Shown piece after piece: positions 17,323-26,892 of a stretch of DNA of 64,000 bases; position 1 is the first letter of the stretch; every line of letters begins with the position of its first letter. The translations under genes were made by a program, and so were the position numbers. Source of the stretch: a virus; the IMG/VR virus record IMGVR_UViG_3300046170_000502, positions 96,001 through 160,000 of that record; one strand, written 5' to 3'. The notes below the pieces were generated by a model, which was not told the DNA's origin, did not search any database, and was given only the letters and a program-made list of their open reading frames with translations.

Positions 17323-19083
17323 ATGGCAAAAATATTCAGAACAGAAGAATTGTCATTTAATAGCGATAATATTCGCATTAAATCGAGTGCAGAAGGAGCG
17401 TTTGAAATTACAAATGCTGGCGGAAGCACATTAATGAGTAGGGCAACTATCGAGAGTGATGTTTCCAGTCTACAGGCTGTAGATACCCAGAATCTCGGTA
17501 ACCTACAAACAGATCTTTCGAGCTTGAGTGCTCGAAATGATATTGAGGAAAACTCAACAGACACAGAGGTTTCTAGCTTAGCAGCTAAAGACTCTGATCT
17601 CGATACAGATATCTCTAGCCTTGTTGCTAAGGATAGCGGAGTCGATACAGATATCTCTAGTCTTCATGCTCAGCGCGTTTCTGACGAAGATGCTAACGAT
17701 TCAGAAATCTCTAGTCTTCAAGCTCAACGCGAAAGCGATGAGAGTACTAAGAACACAGAAGTTTCCAGTCTTCAAGCTCAGCGCGAAAGCGATGAGAGTA
17801 CTAAGGACACAGAAGTTTCCAGTCTTCAAGCTCAACGCGAAAGCGATGAGAGCACTAAAGATACAGAGGTTTCTAGCTTAACAGCTAAAGACGCTGATCT
17901 CGATACAGATATCTCTAGCCTTGTTGCTAAGGATAGCGGAGTCGATACAGACATCTCTAGTCTTCATGCTCAGCGCGTTTCTGACGAAGATACTAACGAT
18001 TCAGAAATCTCTAGTCTTCAAGCTCAACGCGAAAGCGATGAGAGTACTAAGGACACAGAAGTTTCCAGTCTTCAAGCTCAGCGCGAAAGCGATGAGAGTA
18101 CTAAGGACACAGAAGTTTCCAGTCTTCAAGCTCAGCGCGAAAGTGATGAGAGCACTAAAGATACAGAGGTTTCTAGCTTAACAGCTAAAGACGCTGATCT
18201 CGATACAGATATCTCTAGCCTTGTTGCTAAGGATAGCGGAGTCGATACAGACATCTCTAGTCTTCATGCTCAGCGCGTTTCTGACGAAGATACTAACGAT
18301 TCAGAAATCTCTAGTCTTCAAGCTCAACGTGAAAGCGATGAGAGTACTAAGGACACAGAAGTTTCCAGTCTTCAAGCTCAGCGCGAAAGTGATGAGAGCA
18401 CTAAAGATACAGAGGTTTCTAGCTTAACAGCTAAAGACGCTGATCTCGATACAGATATCTCTAGCCTTGTTGCTAAGGATAGCGGAGTCGATACAGACAT
18501 CTCTAGTCTTCATGCTCAGCGCGTTTCTGACGAAGATACTAACGATTCAGAAATCTCTAGTCTTCAAGCTCAGCGCGAAAGCGATGAGAGTACTAAGGAC
18601 ACAGAAGTTTCCAGTCTTCAAGCTCAGCGCGAAAGTGATGAGAGCACTAAAGATACAGAAGTTTCCAGTCTTCAAGCTCAGCGCGAAAGCGATGAGAGTA
18701 CTAAGGACACAGAAGTTTCCAGTCTTCAAGCTCAACGCGAAAGCGATGAGAGCACTAAAGATACAGAGGTTTCTAGCTTAACAGCTAAAGACACTGATCT
18801 CGATACAGATATCTCTAGTTTAGCAGTTGTTGCTTCTGAGAATGATGTAAGAGTTATCACAGTATCTCTTAATGAAGGAGACACCTCTAAGGCAGTAACA
18901 TTCCCAAGCGCATTCCCGAATGGATCGGATGTTTCTGCTATCGGAATGATTAAAGCCGGAACTAATGACGCTATCGTTGCATGTCAACTTAGCGAAATTA
19001 GCGTAACTTCTGCAACATTCCAGTTCTCTGATGATATTCCAGCTGGTGGGGCATACTCATTGGTTGTAATGGCTTCTGCGTAA
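17323..19083 (+). CDS. Coiled-coil stalk fibre protein with C-terminal H-type-lectin-like head
   Basis: 14-aa and 18-aa SSL-anchored repeats, followed by VSLNEGDTSKAVTFPSAFP...ISVTSATFQFSD (18862-19080). Confidence 0.7.
   Translation: MAKIFRTEELSFNSDNIRIKSSAEGAFEITNAGGSTLMSRATIESDVSSLQAVDTQNLGNLQTDLSSLSARNDIEENSTDTEVSSLAAKDSDLDTDISSLVAKDSGVDTDISSLHAQRVSDEDANDSEISSLQAQRESDESTKNTEVSSLQAQRESDESTKDTEVSSLQAQRESDESTKDTEVSSLTAKDADLDTDISSLVAKDSGVDTDISSLHAQRVSDEDTNDSEISSLQAQRESDESTKDTEVSSLQAQRESDESTKDTEVSSLQAQRESDESTKDTEVSSLTAKDADLDTDISSLVAKDSGVDTDISSLHAQRVSDEDTNDSEISSLQAQRESDESTKDTEVSSLQAQRESDESTKDTEVSSLTAKDADLDTDISSLVAKDSGVDTDISSLHAQRVSDEDTNDSEISSLQAQRESDESTKDTEVSSLQAQRESDESTKDTEVSSLQAQRESDESTKDTEVSSLQAQRESDESTKDTEVSSLTAKDTDLDTDISSLAVVASENDVRVITVSLNEGDTSKAVTFPSAFPNGSDVSAIGMIKAGTNDAIVACQLSEISVTSATFQFSDDIPAGGAYSLVVMASA
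17560..18822 (+). repeat. Hierarchical coding repeat (42-bp and 54-bp units; higher-order units of 300, 300, 246 and 354 bp)
   Basis: Higher-order unit starts at 17560, 17860, 18160, 18406 and 18760. Confidence 0.95.
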
Positions 19084-19106
19084 TCGAGCAAGATTTATTT
19101 ATCTTG

Positions 19107-19132
19107 GGCGACCCTTCGGGGTCGCCTTTTTT
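19107..19132 (+). terminator. Rho-independent terminator
   Basis: GGCGACCC-TTCG-GGGTCGCC perfect 8-bp stem with a UUCG loop, then T6, 24 nt after the stop of 17323-19083. Confidence 0.9.
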
Positions 19133-19146
19133 GTGTATTTATATAT

Positions 19147-19755
19147 ATGCGAGAAAATAAAGGTGAAGTTTCTAAGAGTGTAAATGAAGAAAAATCAAAA
19201 CATATAATTGATAAGAAATTTTCAAAATTAAGGCACAAAGCTCTTTATATAGATTTAGAATATCAAGAAGTCTCGGATATTTTTAAGCAGGCTCAAAAGA
19301 ATTTTATATCATCAATGTTTCAATATTGCTCTGAAAGAAAAATAAGGCCGCCTCTAGATGACCCTGGAGGTGGAGATAAAAAAAAGAATTCAAAAAATAA
19401 AGACGAAGGTATAAAAGATTTATATAGAGAAATAGTTAAGATGACCCACCCTGATAAAACAGCAAATTTATCAGAAGAAGAAATCGAATCTAGGACCGAA
19501 CTTTACAATGAAGCCGTTAAGGGAAAGCAGGAGGGTGATTTTTGGACTATATTTAAAACTGCATTAGAATTAGATATACCAATTAATAATATATCTTTTG
19601 AGTATATAGAAAGGATAGAAAAAACGATATTTAAATTAGAGGGTAAAATAAATAAAATAAAAGATGATTTGATGTATAAGTGGTATTTTGCGGAAGAAGA
19701 TGTTCAACTAGATATCTTTGATAAAATAACTGCTAATCAAGAAAAATACGAATAA
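19147..19755 (+). CDS. J-domain (DnaJ-like) protein
   Basis: IKDLYREIVKMTHPDK...TELYNEA contains the HPD motif in J-domain helix II/III context, flanked by coiled coils. Confidence 0.65.
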   Translation: MRENKGEVSKSVNEEKSKHIIDKKFSKLRHKALYIDLEYQEVSDIFKQAQKNFISSMFQYCSERKIRPPLDDPGGGDKKKNSKNKDEGIKDLYREIVKMTHPDKTANLSEEEIESRTELYNEAVKGKQEGDFWTIFKTALELDIPINNISFEYIERIEKTIFKLEGKINKIKDDLMYKWYFAEEDVQLDIFDKITANQEKYE

Positions 19756-19771
19756 TTTTATATAATATATT

Positions 19772-19963
19772 ATGAAAGTTGAATTTTACAACGTAAAGAA
19801 AAAAACAAAAGTTCAGGTAGACAGAGATAGGGTTAGTAAGCATGCGTACGAGAAAGCTTCCAAGATGGGTTCTTTAGTTATAAGATACGCTCTTAAGGCT
19901 GTCGATGAGGATGGCACCAAGCTTAGTAAGTTTTGCAGCAAAGCCGATTACGATAGTATTTAA
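19772..19963 (+). CDS. Small basic beta-rich protein (DUF5679-like without Zn ligands), possibly DNA-binding
   Basis: 63 aa, Lys-rich, pattern FYNVKKKTKV...RYALKAVDEDGTKLSKF. Family call is tentative. Confidence 0.45.
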   Translation: MKVEFYNVKKKTKVQVDRDRVSKHAYEKASKMGSLVIRYALKAVDEDGTKLSKFCSKADYDSI

Positions 19964-22549
19964 CTATTCGGATATCACGAATGTGGCTGGATTTGACGTG
20001 GAGCTATTTGCAGCTCTATTTAATTTATCTAAATTAAAGACGTAATCTGCGTTGGGGTTAACTAATCCATTTTGGTCGCAAACTGTAAATTTATTGTTAA
20101 CGTCAAAAGAATTGTTTAATTGTGTTCCGTTGGCGTATGACTGGTATGTGTATGACGTACCTCCGTTAGGAGCCGTACCCCCTTCTGATACATTCTCAAA
20201 CGTAATATTACTTGGGTTTATTGAGGTGGTACCTATTGGTGCTAAACCTGCGCCCAAACTATTTGGTGAGGCTATAACAGTTCTTGAGGTAAAACCTTCG
20301 AGAGTGTATGTGGGGTTGCTTGATATTGAAGTAGTTTCTATATTTGCTAAATTAAAAGCTGACACCTGCCAATCAAACGTTCCTTTTGAGTCTGCATCGG
20401 ATACCGTTAAGGTGTAAGCATTACTAGTTTTTCCAGAACCAGAAGCTGTTTGAGTGAGCTGGGAGGGGTTTATTTGGGAAGCGTCTACATTTAGTGTTGG
20501 TGAATTCAGCATTAGTTGACTTGTTGTTAAATTGAAATTATCACTGGTTGGAGATGTTGATGTTTTTATCTTTAAAGCTAGGTTATTTATATTTATTGTC
20601 AAAGGCGTGTTTGCTATATTTACAGTTTTATAAGATTCTAGGACTGCGCCGTTCGAGTCTCTGGTAGCTGTTATTCTTAGATTGCTTTGGCCGCCATCTC
20701 CATCTACATTATATCCTCCAGAAAGGTAATCCACGCTTTTATTTGTTTCAAATAAGGATGGGTTACTTATTGTTATTTGATTGTTTGGTGATGTGTAGCT
20801 TATTAGGTCATGATTTATTACTATATTTTCTACGCTAGCTGATTCCGTAGACTTTATAGCTTGTTGGTTGGCTGGGTACGTTACTGGGCCAAAGCTTATA
20901 GATGGAACTGTAGAGTTATGAATTTCCGCTTTATCAGCCGTTTCAACTGGATCACTAATCGTTCCAAAATTGTTTATAGCCTTAAAGGTTGCACTTTGGT
21001 TCCCGTCTCTAGCTGAAGAGCCAAGCGGCCCAAATACATCAATTGGTACTGAGAATTCGAAGTTACCATTAGGTAGTGAGCTTTTCGAATAGTTTGAAGA
21101 AAATGAGGATTGACTTCCATCGCTAACTCCTAGGTTTTCGACCGATATAGATATATCATTTATAGAAACTCCGTTTCCGTTTATTTCTATTTTTGAATTA
21201 ACTACATCTCCAGCCTTAATTTGAGATGAACCTATAATATGAGGTGCGGAGGAAGAACTTGCTAGTGAATCTAATTGTGTTGAAACTATTACTGGGCCAT
21301 TGGCGATTTTAACTTTTACTTTTTTTGTGTCAGTGGCTCCATTACCGGTTCTTACTGCGTAAATTTCTATGTTATCATTATTGTTATATATCCCGTTGAC
21401 ATAATCGACAGTTTTCGTTGCCTCAAAATCAATTTGATTTATCATTGATATCTGTGGGTCTAATATTTCATAACTAACGAAATCTATTCCGTCTACCCAG
21501 TTGGATATTGAGTTTGAGAAGGTGGTTGATTCTCCTTCCCTTAAGCCATCTGACCTGCCGTTGTAAGATGATGGGTCTGATGCGGAGATTGTCGGATAAA
21601 CTTGATCTAAGTCTCTGGTTCCACTATTATGACCAAAGTCAGAAGACTCTTTTAGGTCTCCTGTGCTACCAAATGAATCTACCGCTTGAACCGCTACAGA
21701 TAAGGAGCCCTGTCTGTTCGAAATATCAACTGGTATTGTAGCTCTATATAAACCATCTACGCTTTGTAATGAATAGTTTGCATAATTCACTTCTTCAGCC
21801 AAGCCAAAATCATGAACTTTAATTAAATCGACATCATTTCTATCAAAATCTACATAAATATTGATAGAGTCCCCTTGTTTTAAATGGCTTGAACCTAAGG
21901 TCTCCCCGGGTTTGGCTGTTGCATTTTGAATTTCATCTATTAATACGTTAACTGGAGTTGGCCCTCCTCCTAACTCTAATAGGGGTAATACGGAGGTTCT
22001 CCCGTTAGCTGAGCCAGTTATCCCTGTTAGACCTTCTGCGTTTAAGTTGTCGATGAAGCCCATAAATCTTCTAGTATCTGTACCTAGCTGAGATATGTTA
22101 GATTCGGGTATTTTTTGACCATTGATATAAGCTTCGCCCATGTACGTTTCATTTGGTCCGTCCCATTTGAAATAAACCTTTAGGTCTTCTGCTGTAGCTA
22201 CAGTAACTCCGGATAGAAAAGTGTTTGGATCTGGGGTGTTATAGAATGTTTTTTGAGTAACTCCGATATTATCTTCGATATCCGAGAAAAAGCAAAACTC
22301 AGATGCCCCAGATTGGATTTGTGATACTGATGTTCCTAATCTCGAGACATCGACCCCGTCAAGAGTTAAACCGCTTACGAAATTACCACTAATAAATTCA
22401 ACACTATCAGAAGTTCTCACATTCTGATTCATTGAGAATTCTACGTCTCCAATATATAAATTATCAAAAACACCCGTAGCCCAAGCCTTGTTTACTCTAC
22501 CTACGCTACCTTCTCCGCTATTTCGTGGTACTAAATTTCTGGTTGCCAT
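19964..22549 (-). CDS. Large beta-rich virion structural protein
   Basis: 861 aa, S/T/N/G-rich Ig-like composition. The N-terminus MATRNLVPRNSGEGSVG...W is fibre-like. GTGTA motif 9 nt upstream. Confidence 0.6.
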   Translation of the reverse strand: MATRNLVPRNSGEGSVGRVNKAWATGVFDNLYIGDVEFSMNQNVRTSDSVEFISGNFVSGLTLDGVDVSRLGTSVSQIQSGASEFCFFSDIEDNIGVTQKTFYNTPDPNTFLSGVTVATAEDLKVYFKWDGPNETYMGEAYINGQKIPESNISQLGTDTRRFMGFIDNLNAEGLTGITGSANGRTSVLPLLELGGGPTPVNVLIDEIQNATAKPGETLGSSHLKQGDSINIYVDFDRNDVDLIKVHDFGLAEEVNYANYSLQSVDGLYRATIPVDISNRQGSLSVAVQAVDSFGSTGDLKESSDFGHNSGTRDLDQVYPTISASDPSSYNGRSDGLREGESTTFSNSISNWVDGIDFVSYEILDPQISMINQIDFEATKTVDYVNGIYNNNDNIEIYAVRTGNGATDTKKVKVKIANGPVIVSTQLDSLASSSSAPHIIGSSQIKAGDVVNSKIEINGNGVSINDISISVENLGVSDGSQSSFSSNYSKSSLPNGNFEFSVPIDVFGPLGSSARDGNQSATFKAINNFGTISDPVETADKAEIHNSTVPSISFGPVTYPANQQAIKSTESASVENIVINHDLISYTSPNNQITISNPSLFETNKSVDYLSGGYNVDGDGGQSNLRITATRDSNGAVLESYKTVNIANTPLTININNLALKIKTSTSPTSDNFNLTTSQLMLNSPTLNVDASQINPSQLTQTASGSGKTSNAYTLTVSDADSKGTFDWQVSAFNLANIETTSISSNPTYTLEGFTSRTVIASPNSLGAGLAPIGTTSINPSNITFENVSEGGTAPNGGTSYTYQSYANGTQLNNSFDVNNKFTVCDQNGLVNPNADYVFNLDKLNRAANSSTSNPATFVISE

Positions 22550-22572
22550 TATGTTTATTACACTTTATATTT

Positions 22573-22977
22573 CTAAATTGATATATCATCCGTAAATGCC
22601 TCTGGGCCTGTATTATATCTCCAATGATTAGATCTTAGTTCTAGATCATTCTCATTCCTTAGTATCCACATTGTGTCTGATATGTGCTTAGCGTTTGAGG
22701 GTGTCAAGTCTCCATTTTCATCTTCCTCAAAAGCTTCACTTAATGTATATCTAGATTCGGCAAAATTGTTTTCTATGTTTTGTAAAAAAGAAAGGTCTCC
22801 TGTTAGATATTCTATAAAGTTTAGGCCGCTAACAAATAAACCGGAAGTCGCTTGTACTTGAGCAACTTCAAGTTTTCCATCATCTAGTTTTAATTGGGGT
22901 TGTAGGGGGTTTTGTCCTATTATATAATTATTTGGACCTACTCTTTTGAGGGGTTTTTGAACTTCGAAGAATTGCAT
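22573..22977 (-). CDS. Hypothetical protein
   Basis: 134-aa ORF co-oriented and tightly packed with its neighbours. Confidence 0.6.
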   Translation of the reverse strand: MQFFEVQKPLKRVGPNNYIIGQNPLQPQLKLDDGKLEVAQVQATSGLFVSGLNFIEYLTGDLSFLQNIENNFAESRYTLSEAFEEDENGDLTPSNAKHISDTMWILRNENDLELRSNHWRYNTGPEAFTDDISI

Positions 22978-22982
22978 AATAT

Positions 22983-23927
22983 TTAATAAATTACGTCGGA
23001 GGTTCCGGTCTCTTTGTATGTAACTGTATACTTAACGGTATATCCTGATATTGTGTGCGGTCTCTTTACGAAAACTTTTTTAGCTTCATCGCTGTTAATT
23101 TGAACTGATGTATCTGGGTATAAATACATTATGTTATTATTTTCTGGATCATCTGTTCTATTTATATCGTAGGTCTCATCTATAGTGTGAAATTGTATAG
23201 GGTACGGAGATTCATTAAATATCAACACACTTTCTGCTAGGCCCATATCATATAATTCCGAAAAATCTTTAAGTTCGTAGGAGTTTATGGGGCTAGCTTT
23301 ATCGTTTTCCTGACGTAATCCATAAGCAGTATCCGTATGAAATACACCTTCAGAATGCTGCGGTCTAGAGGGGTCTGTATCCTCTGCGTGGATGAAATAA
23401 TTTGGATGCCCTGTCTCCGGTGTGCTTGGGTTGGTTCTCGCATTTGAGAAATGAGTATTATAGATATCATCCATAACGAATCTATCAATACCATAAGTAT
23501 CCCCAGAGTACGCGCCATGTCTATCGCTATCAGGTATGTTCTCTAGTAAAATGAAGTCCTCTTCAATTTTTTGATTAACCGTCTTCGTTAGCAATTTCCA
23601 TTCCTGGGTGTCTATTCTGTCGATATTTACTATCGCTCCGGTTTGACTTGCAATGCCAGAAGAAATTTCGGAAAGTAATCCTGATACCACATCCCCACCT
23701 AAGCCAACATTAATGGAACCTGATAGGCCTGATATTAGGTCTGACAGGTTCCCTATGTCTACGCTACCACTAGCTAAACCTAGATTTCCACCACCACCAC
23801 CACCAGCTGGTTCCCACCTACTTTCTCCGCTATTCCAGTTGTAACTAAAGACTGGCTGGGGAGACAGGTGGTCTAATTTTGTAATATCCGTATATAACGG
23901 ATTGTTTTTGAATCCTGAATTCGACAT
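22983..23927 (-). CDS. Hypothetical (probably structural) protein
   Basis: 314-aa ORF with a Gly-rich linker. GTGTA motif 12 nt upstream. Confidence 0.6.
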   Translation of the reverse strand: MSNSGFKNNPLYTDITKLDHLSPQPVFSYNWNSGESRWEPAGGGGGGNLGLASGSVDIGNLSDLISGLSGSINVGLGGDVVSGLLSEISSGIASQTGAIVNIDRIDTQEWKLLTKTVNQKIEEDFILLENIPDSDRHGAYSGDTYGIDRFVMDDIYNTHFSNARTNPSTPETGHPNYFIHAEDTDPSRPQHSEGVFHTDTAYGLRQENDKASPINSYELKDFSELYDMGLAESVLIFNESPYPIQFHTIDETYDINRTDDPENNNIMYLYPDTSVQINSDEAKKVFVKRPHTISGYTVKYTVTYKETGTSDVIY

Positions 23928-23950
23928 TTCAGGAGTTATTACACTTTTTT

Positions 23951-24295
23951 TTAGCCCCTATCTAGAGGATGCTTTAAACCTCTTCTTTTTTTACTATATT
24001 CCTTGAAGTATTTCTTCCTTAAGGGGTCGTAGCCAAGCTTATCCTCTCTTTTCTGGCTCATTTCCTTACTTTGGTCTATTATATCTCCGTATGTACCTTT
24101 TTGGTTTCCTGTTTTACTTATAAAACTATTATTGTCAAAAGGGTCTACCTTTGAATCTATATTTGCTTGCGGACTATGAAAAACCCTTTTCCATTGGACC
24201 CCTTTTTCGTCTACGTAAATATGTTCTTCATTCATGGTTTGAATGATATCTATAGTTTTTTCTGTCTCAGGGTGCTCGTATGTATACAAAGGCAT
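23951..24295 (-). CDS. FmdB-like small protein lacking the usual Cys ligands
   Basis: MPLYTYEHPETEKTIDIIQTMNE matches the MPxYxY..C..C..FE..Q.M pattern without the cysteines. Confidence 0.55.
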   Translation of the reverse strand: MPLYTYEHPETEKTIDIIQTMNEEHIYVDEKGVQWKRVFHSPQANIDSKVDPFDNNSFISKTGNQKGTYGDIIDQSKEMSQKREDKLGYDPLRKKYFKEYSKKRRGLKHPLDRG

Positions 24296-25350
24296 TATTC
24301 TAATATTTTTTCTAATGTATTTTTATATGTAAATTTTTCTTTCAATTTTATTCCTTCTTTATTATCTATCTTACATAGTTTTTCAGCTTTTTCCATAGCT
24401 GATATTAAATCATTTTCATTAAATGTATATATACTACCTTGATTGAAGTTAGATCCTTCATGAAAAAAAATGTTATCATAAACTTTTTCCTCGCCATTAG
24501 GCTCAACGAGTATGCAGTTTTCTTTGTTAGCCCAATCTTTATGGGAGGTGGAGTTTAAAACTATACTCCACTTTCCTAGACAGGTTGCGTTAAAAGAAGG
24601 GAGGTTCCAACCTTCGGCTCCGCTCATACCTCCTAAGTCGATATCTATTGAGTTTATAAAGTCATTAACTTGGCTGTTATGAGGCAGGAAAGGTAGGAAA
24701 TTAATATTCCCATATCTAGCGCCTCCTAGAAGATTGTTGATAAGGGATTCCATTTGCTCTTTCTTGAAAAAGGGGTTATTAATGCAACAGGTTAGTTGGT
24801 AGTTGTAATTATTTCCGTATTTCTTAATCCAGGTTTTTATTATTTTTTCAGTATGCTTTCTTTTTTCGAATTTACCCATTAAGCCGAAATGGATCTTATC
24901 GGGCATGTAGGATTTGTTTGTCTTATGAAAGTAGTTATCAAAGCCCAAAGGGGCGAAACTTGATCCTCTGAAACTGGATTGAGCATAGGAACTGCTAAAT
25001 ACAACTTTGTCTTGCATTTTAGCCAGGTTTATTTCGCTTTCAGTTGGTTGATTTAATTCGTAGAAGGTATAAAGAATTTGCTTTGAGGATATCCTATTTT
25101 CACAGCCGTTCAAGTGCCACATTTGGAGTGTTGTCGAATTTCTTTCTATTTTTTTATATCTATCATCTATAGATTCTTTAATCCATGATAAGAAGTCTTT
25201 ATCCTTATTATCGAAAGAGCTTAAATCAACTTTTCCTATAGGGAAGAAAGCTAGATCTAAATCTAATTTATACATTTCTTTTAGTAGGTTGATCGAAACA
25301 TTACCGAATGATAATGAATTTATTGGGCCTTTGTATATTATATTTTTCAT
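24295..25350 (-). CDS. Glycosyltransferase, GT-B/GT4-like
   Basis: PLGFD, FGLMGKFEKRK and AEGWNLPSFNATCLGK (EGW/FxLP motif). Confidence 0.75.
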   Translation of the reverse strand: MKNIIYKGPINSLSFGNVSINLLKEMYKLDLDLAFFPIGKVDLSSFDNKDKDFLSWIKESIDDRYKKIERNSTTLQMWHLNGCENRISSKQILYTFYELNQPTESEINLAKMQDKVVFSSSYAQSSFRGSSFAPLGFDNYFHKTNKSYMPDKIHFGLMGKFEKRKHTEKIIKTWIKKYGNNYNYQLTCCINNPFFKKEQMESLINNLLGGARYGNINFLPFLPHNSQVNDFINSIDIDLGGMSGAEGWNLPSFNATCLGKWSIVLNSTSHKDWANKENCILVEPNGEEKVYDNIFFHEGSNFNQGSIYTFNENDLISAMEKAEKLCKIDNKEGIKLKEKFTYKNTLEKILE

Positions 25351-25352
25351 AT

Positions 25353-25736
25353 TTAGAATGGTATGTCCGCGAACTCGTCTTCTTGGATTATTTTATCGGC
25401 CACTTCTTCGGCTTTTGTTTGTTGTTTATCCTCTTTGTGTTTATCTAAAAATGTAACTATATCCCCAACACAGTATATTTTATTCCTCTTTTCTCCGGAT
25501 TGAGATGTCCATGATGATTGTTGTAGTCTACCCTCTATTAAAACTTTTCTACCTTTCGATAGAAATCTATTGCAATTTTCTGCAACTTTGTTCCATGTTT
25601 CGATATCCATAAAGACCGTCGAGCCACTAACTATATTTGTGATACCTATGGAGAATTCACATACATTTTTGCCACTTTTTGTTTTTTTGAATATTGGGTC
25701 TTTGGTCAAGTACCCTAATCCTATAAATTTATTCAA
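25353..25736 (-). CDS. ssb: Single-stranded DNA-binding protein
   Basis: MNKFIGLGYLTKDP, FMDIETW, KGRKVLIEGRL and C-terminal DEFADIPF. Confidence 0.9.
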   Translation of the reverse strand: MNKFIGLGYLTKDPIFKKTKSGKNVCEFSIGITNIVSGSTVFMDIETWNKVAENCNRFLSKGRKVLIEGRLQQSSWTSQSGEKRNKIYCVGDIVTFLDKHKEDKQQTKAEEVADKIIQEDEFADIPF

Positions 25737-25737
25737 G

Positions 25738-26340
25738 TTATGATCCTCCTTCTATTTCTTCGTTTAACTCGTCTTGTATGTAATTTACCACTGAGTTATG
25801 TATGTTTATACAACCTTGTATACTAAGGTTCATCTTTGATCCGATATCTTTCCATGGCATAACTTTATTCCTCTGTCCTATAATATACCTCATGTTGAAT
25901 ATTTTTTCAACCCTTTTATCTGGGTGCTTCGAGATTAATGACAGAACCTTGTTAAATAGATCCCTCTTTATATTTGATTCTATTGAGTTTTCGTGAGGAT
26001 CGTTATTTTCTGGCATGTTTTCTATATTTTCTGCATGAAATGCTGGCCTACGCTTATTCTTGTTGTAGCTATTGAGGCACATCCACTTGGTTTCATTTCC
26101 GAGATAAGTGCTGAATTTCGCACCTTTAGTTTTGTCGAATTTTAATGCTGCGCTGTAGATTTTATATTCTTTATCTTTTATCAATTCACCATAGTTTGCG
26201 AATTGATTATCAGGGCTAGAGTAGCTATTGACCATATCTAGGTATATGCCACTGTGCCTGTCTATTAACATAGATAAGCTTTTTTCAGTATTAACATCTG
26301 CTTGAATGTTTTCTATTAAGTTCTCGTCTGATATTTCCAT
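25738..26340 (-). CDS. Sigma-70-family RNA polymerase sigma factor-like protein
   Basis: Region-2-like AALKFDKTKGAKFSTYL and region-4-like HTH IFNMRY...MPWKDIGSKMNLSIQGCINIH. Confidence 0.7.
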   Translation of the reverse strand: MEISDENLIENIQADVNTEKSLSMLIDRHSGIYLDMVNSYSSPDNQFANYGELIKDKEYKIYSAALKFDKTKGAKFSTYLGNETKWMCLNSYNKNKRRPAFHAENIENMPENNDPHENSIESNIKRDLFNKVLSLISKHPDKRVEKIFNMRYIIGQRNKVMPWKDIGSKMNLSIQGCINIHNSVVNYIQDELNEEIEGGS

Positions 26341-26891
26341 TAGTTTATAATTGTTTTTAAAATTTCTCTAACCGCCGATTCTTGGTTTTTGCGGATGTTA
26401 TCCCTAAAGTCCTCCCATGTGATTTTATGTCTTGATTTTGCGCGCAGAATCGGATCATTTTTTGTCTCGTCTTCGTTAGGTGGAGAGATTCCTTTTCTTG
26501 TTATATGTATTGACTCACCCCCTATATCATGAACCCAGTTTATCTCATTCGGGAACCTAACGTCAGTTATAAAAACTAACTTTCCTGATTTTACTTCGCT
26601 TTTTACGCTATCGTTGATTTTATCAATCCAGCAATTTTCATCAAGCTTTCTTCTTATATGAGTTCCGTAGGTCACCAAGAAAGGTCTAATTAAAGCTTTC
26701 TCTTCTGAGTTTTCGGTAAACGCTGAAATATTTACATTCCTAATTAGAAAAGGGTCACATTCATGTTTTAAGCAGTCAGCGAAGGCGTACCTTTTGTGCT
26801 TTATGCCCATTTGCTTAAGCATAGGTTTTGATATTTCATAAAACGAATCTTTTCCGCTTCTTGCTAATCCAGATATTCCTACAACTTTCAT
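26340..26891 (-). CDS. Deoxynucleoside monophosphate kinase-like
   Basis: P-loop GISGLARSGKDS, YAFADCLK and FITDVRFPNE. Confidence 0.75.
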   Translation of the reverse strand: MKVVGISGLARSGKDSFYEISKPMLKQMGIKHKRYAFADCLKHECDPFLIRNVNISAFTENSEEKALIRPFLVTYGTHIRRKLDENCWIDKINDSVKSEVKSGKLVFITDVRFPNEINWVHDIGGESIHITRKGISPPNEDETKNDPILRAKSRHKITWEDFRDNIRKNQESAVREILKTIIN

Positions 26892-26892
26892 G

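Noticed and set aside
17319-18781. Alternative-frame ORFs 17621-17881, 17921-18181, 18221-18427, 18467-18781, 18547-18735 and 17319-17564
   Set aside because: By-products of the tandem repeat in other frames, with no independent start signals.
20052-23844. ORFs 20052-20417, 21508-21741, 22673-22861, 23285-23518 and 23653-23844
   Set aside because: Fully nested in or antisense to longer, better-supported genes.
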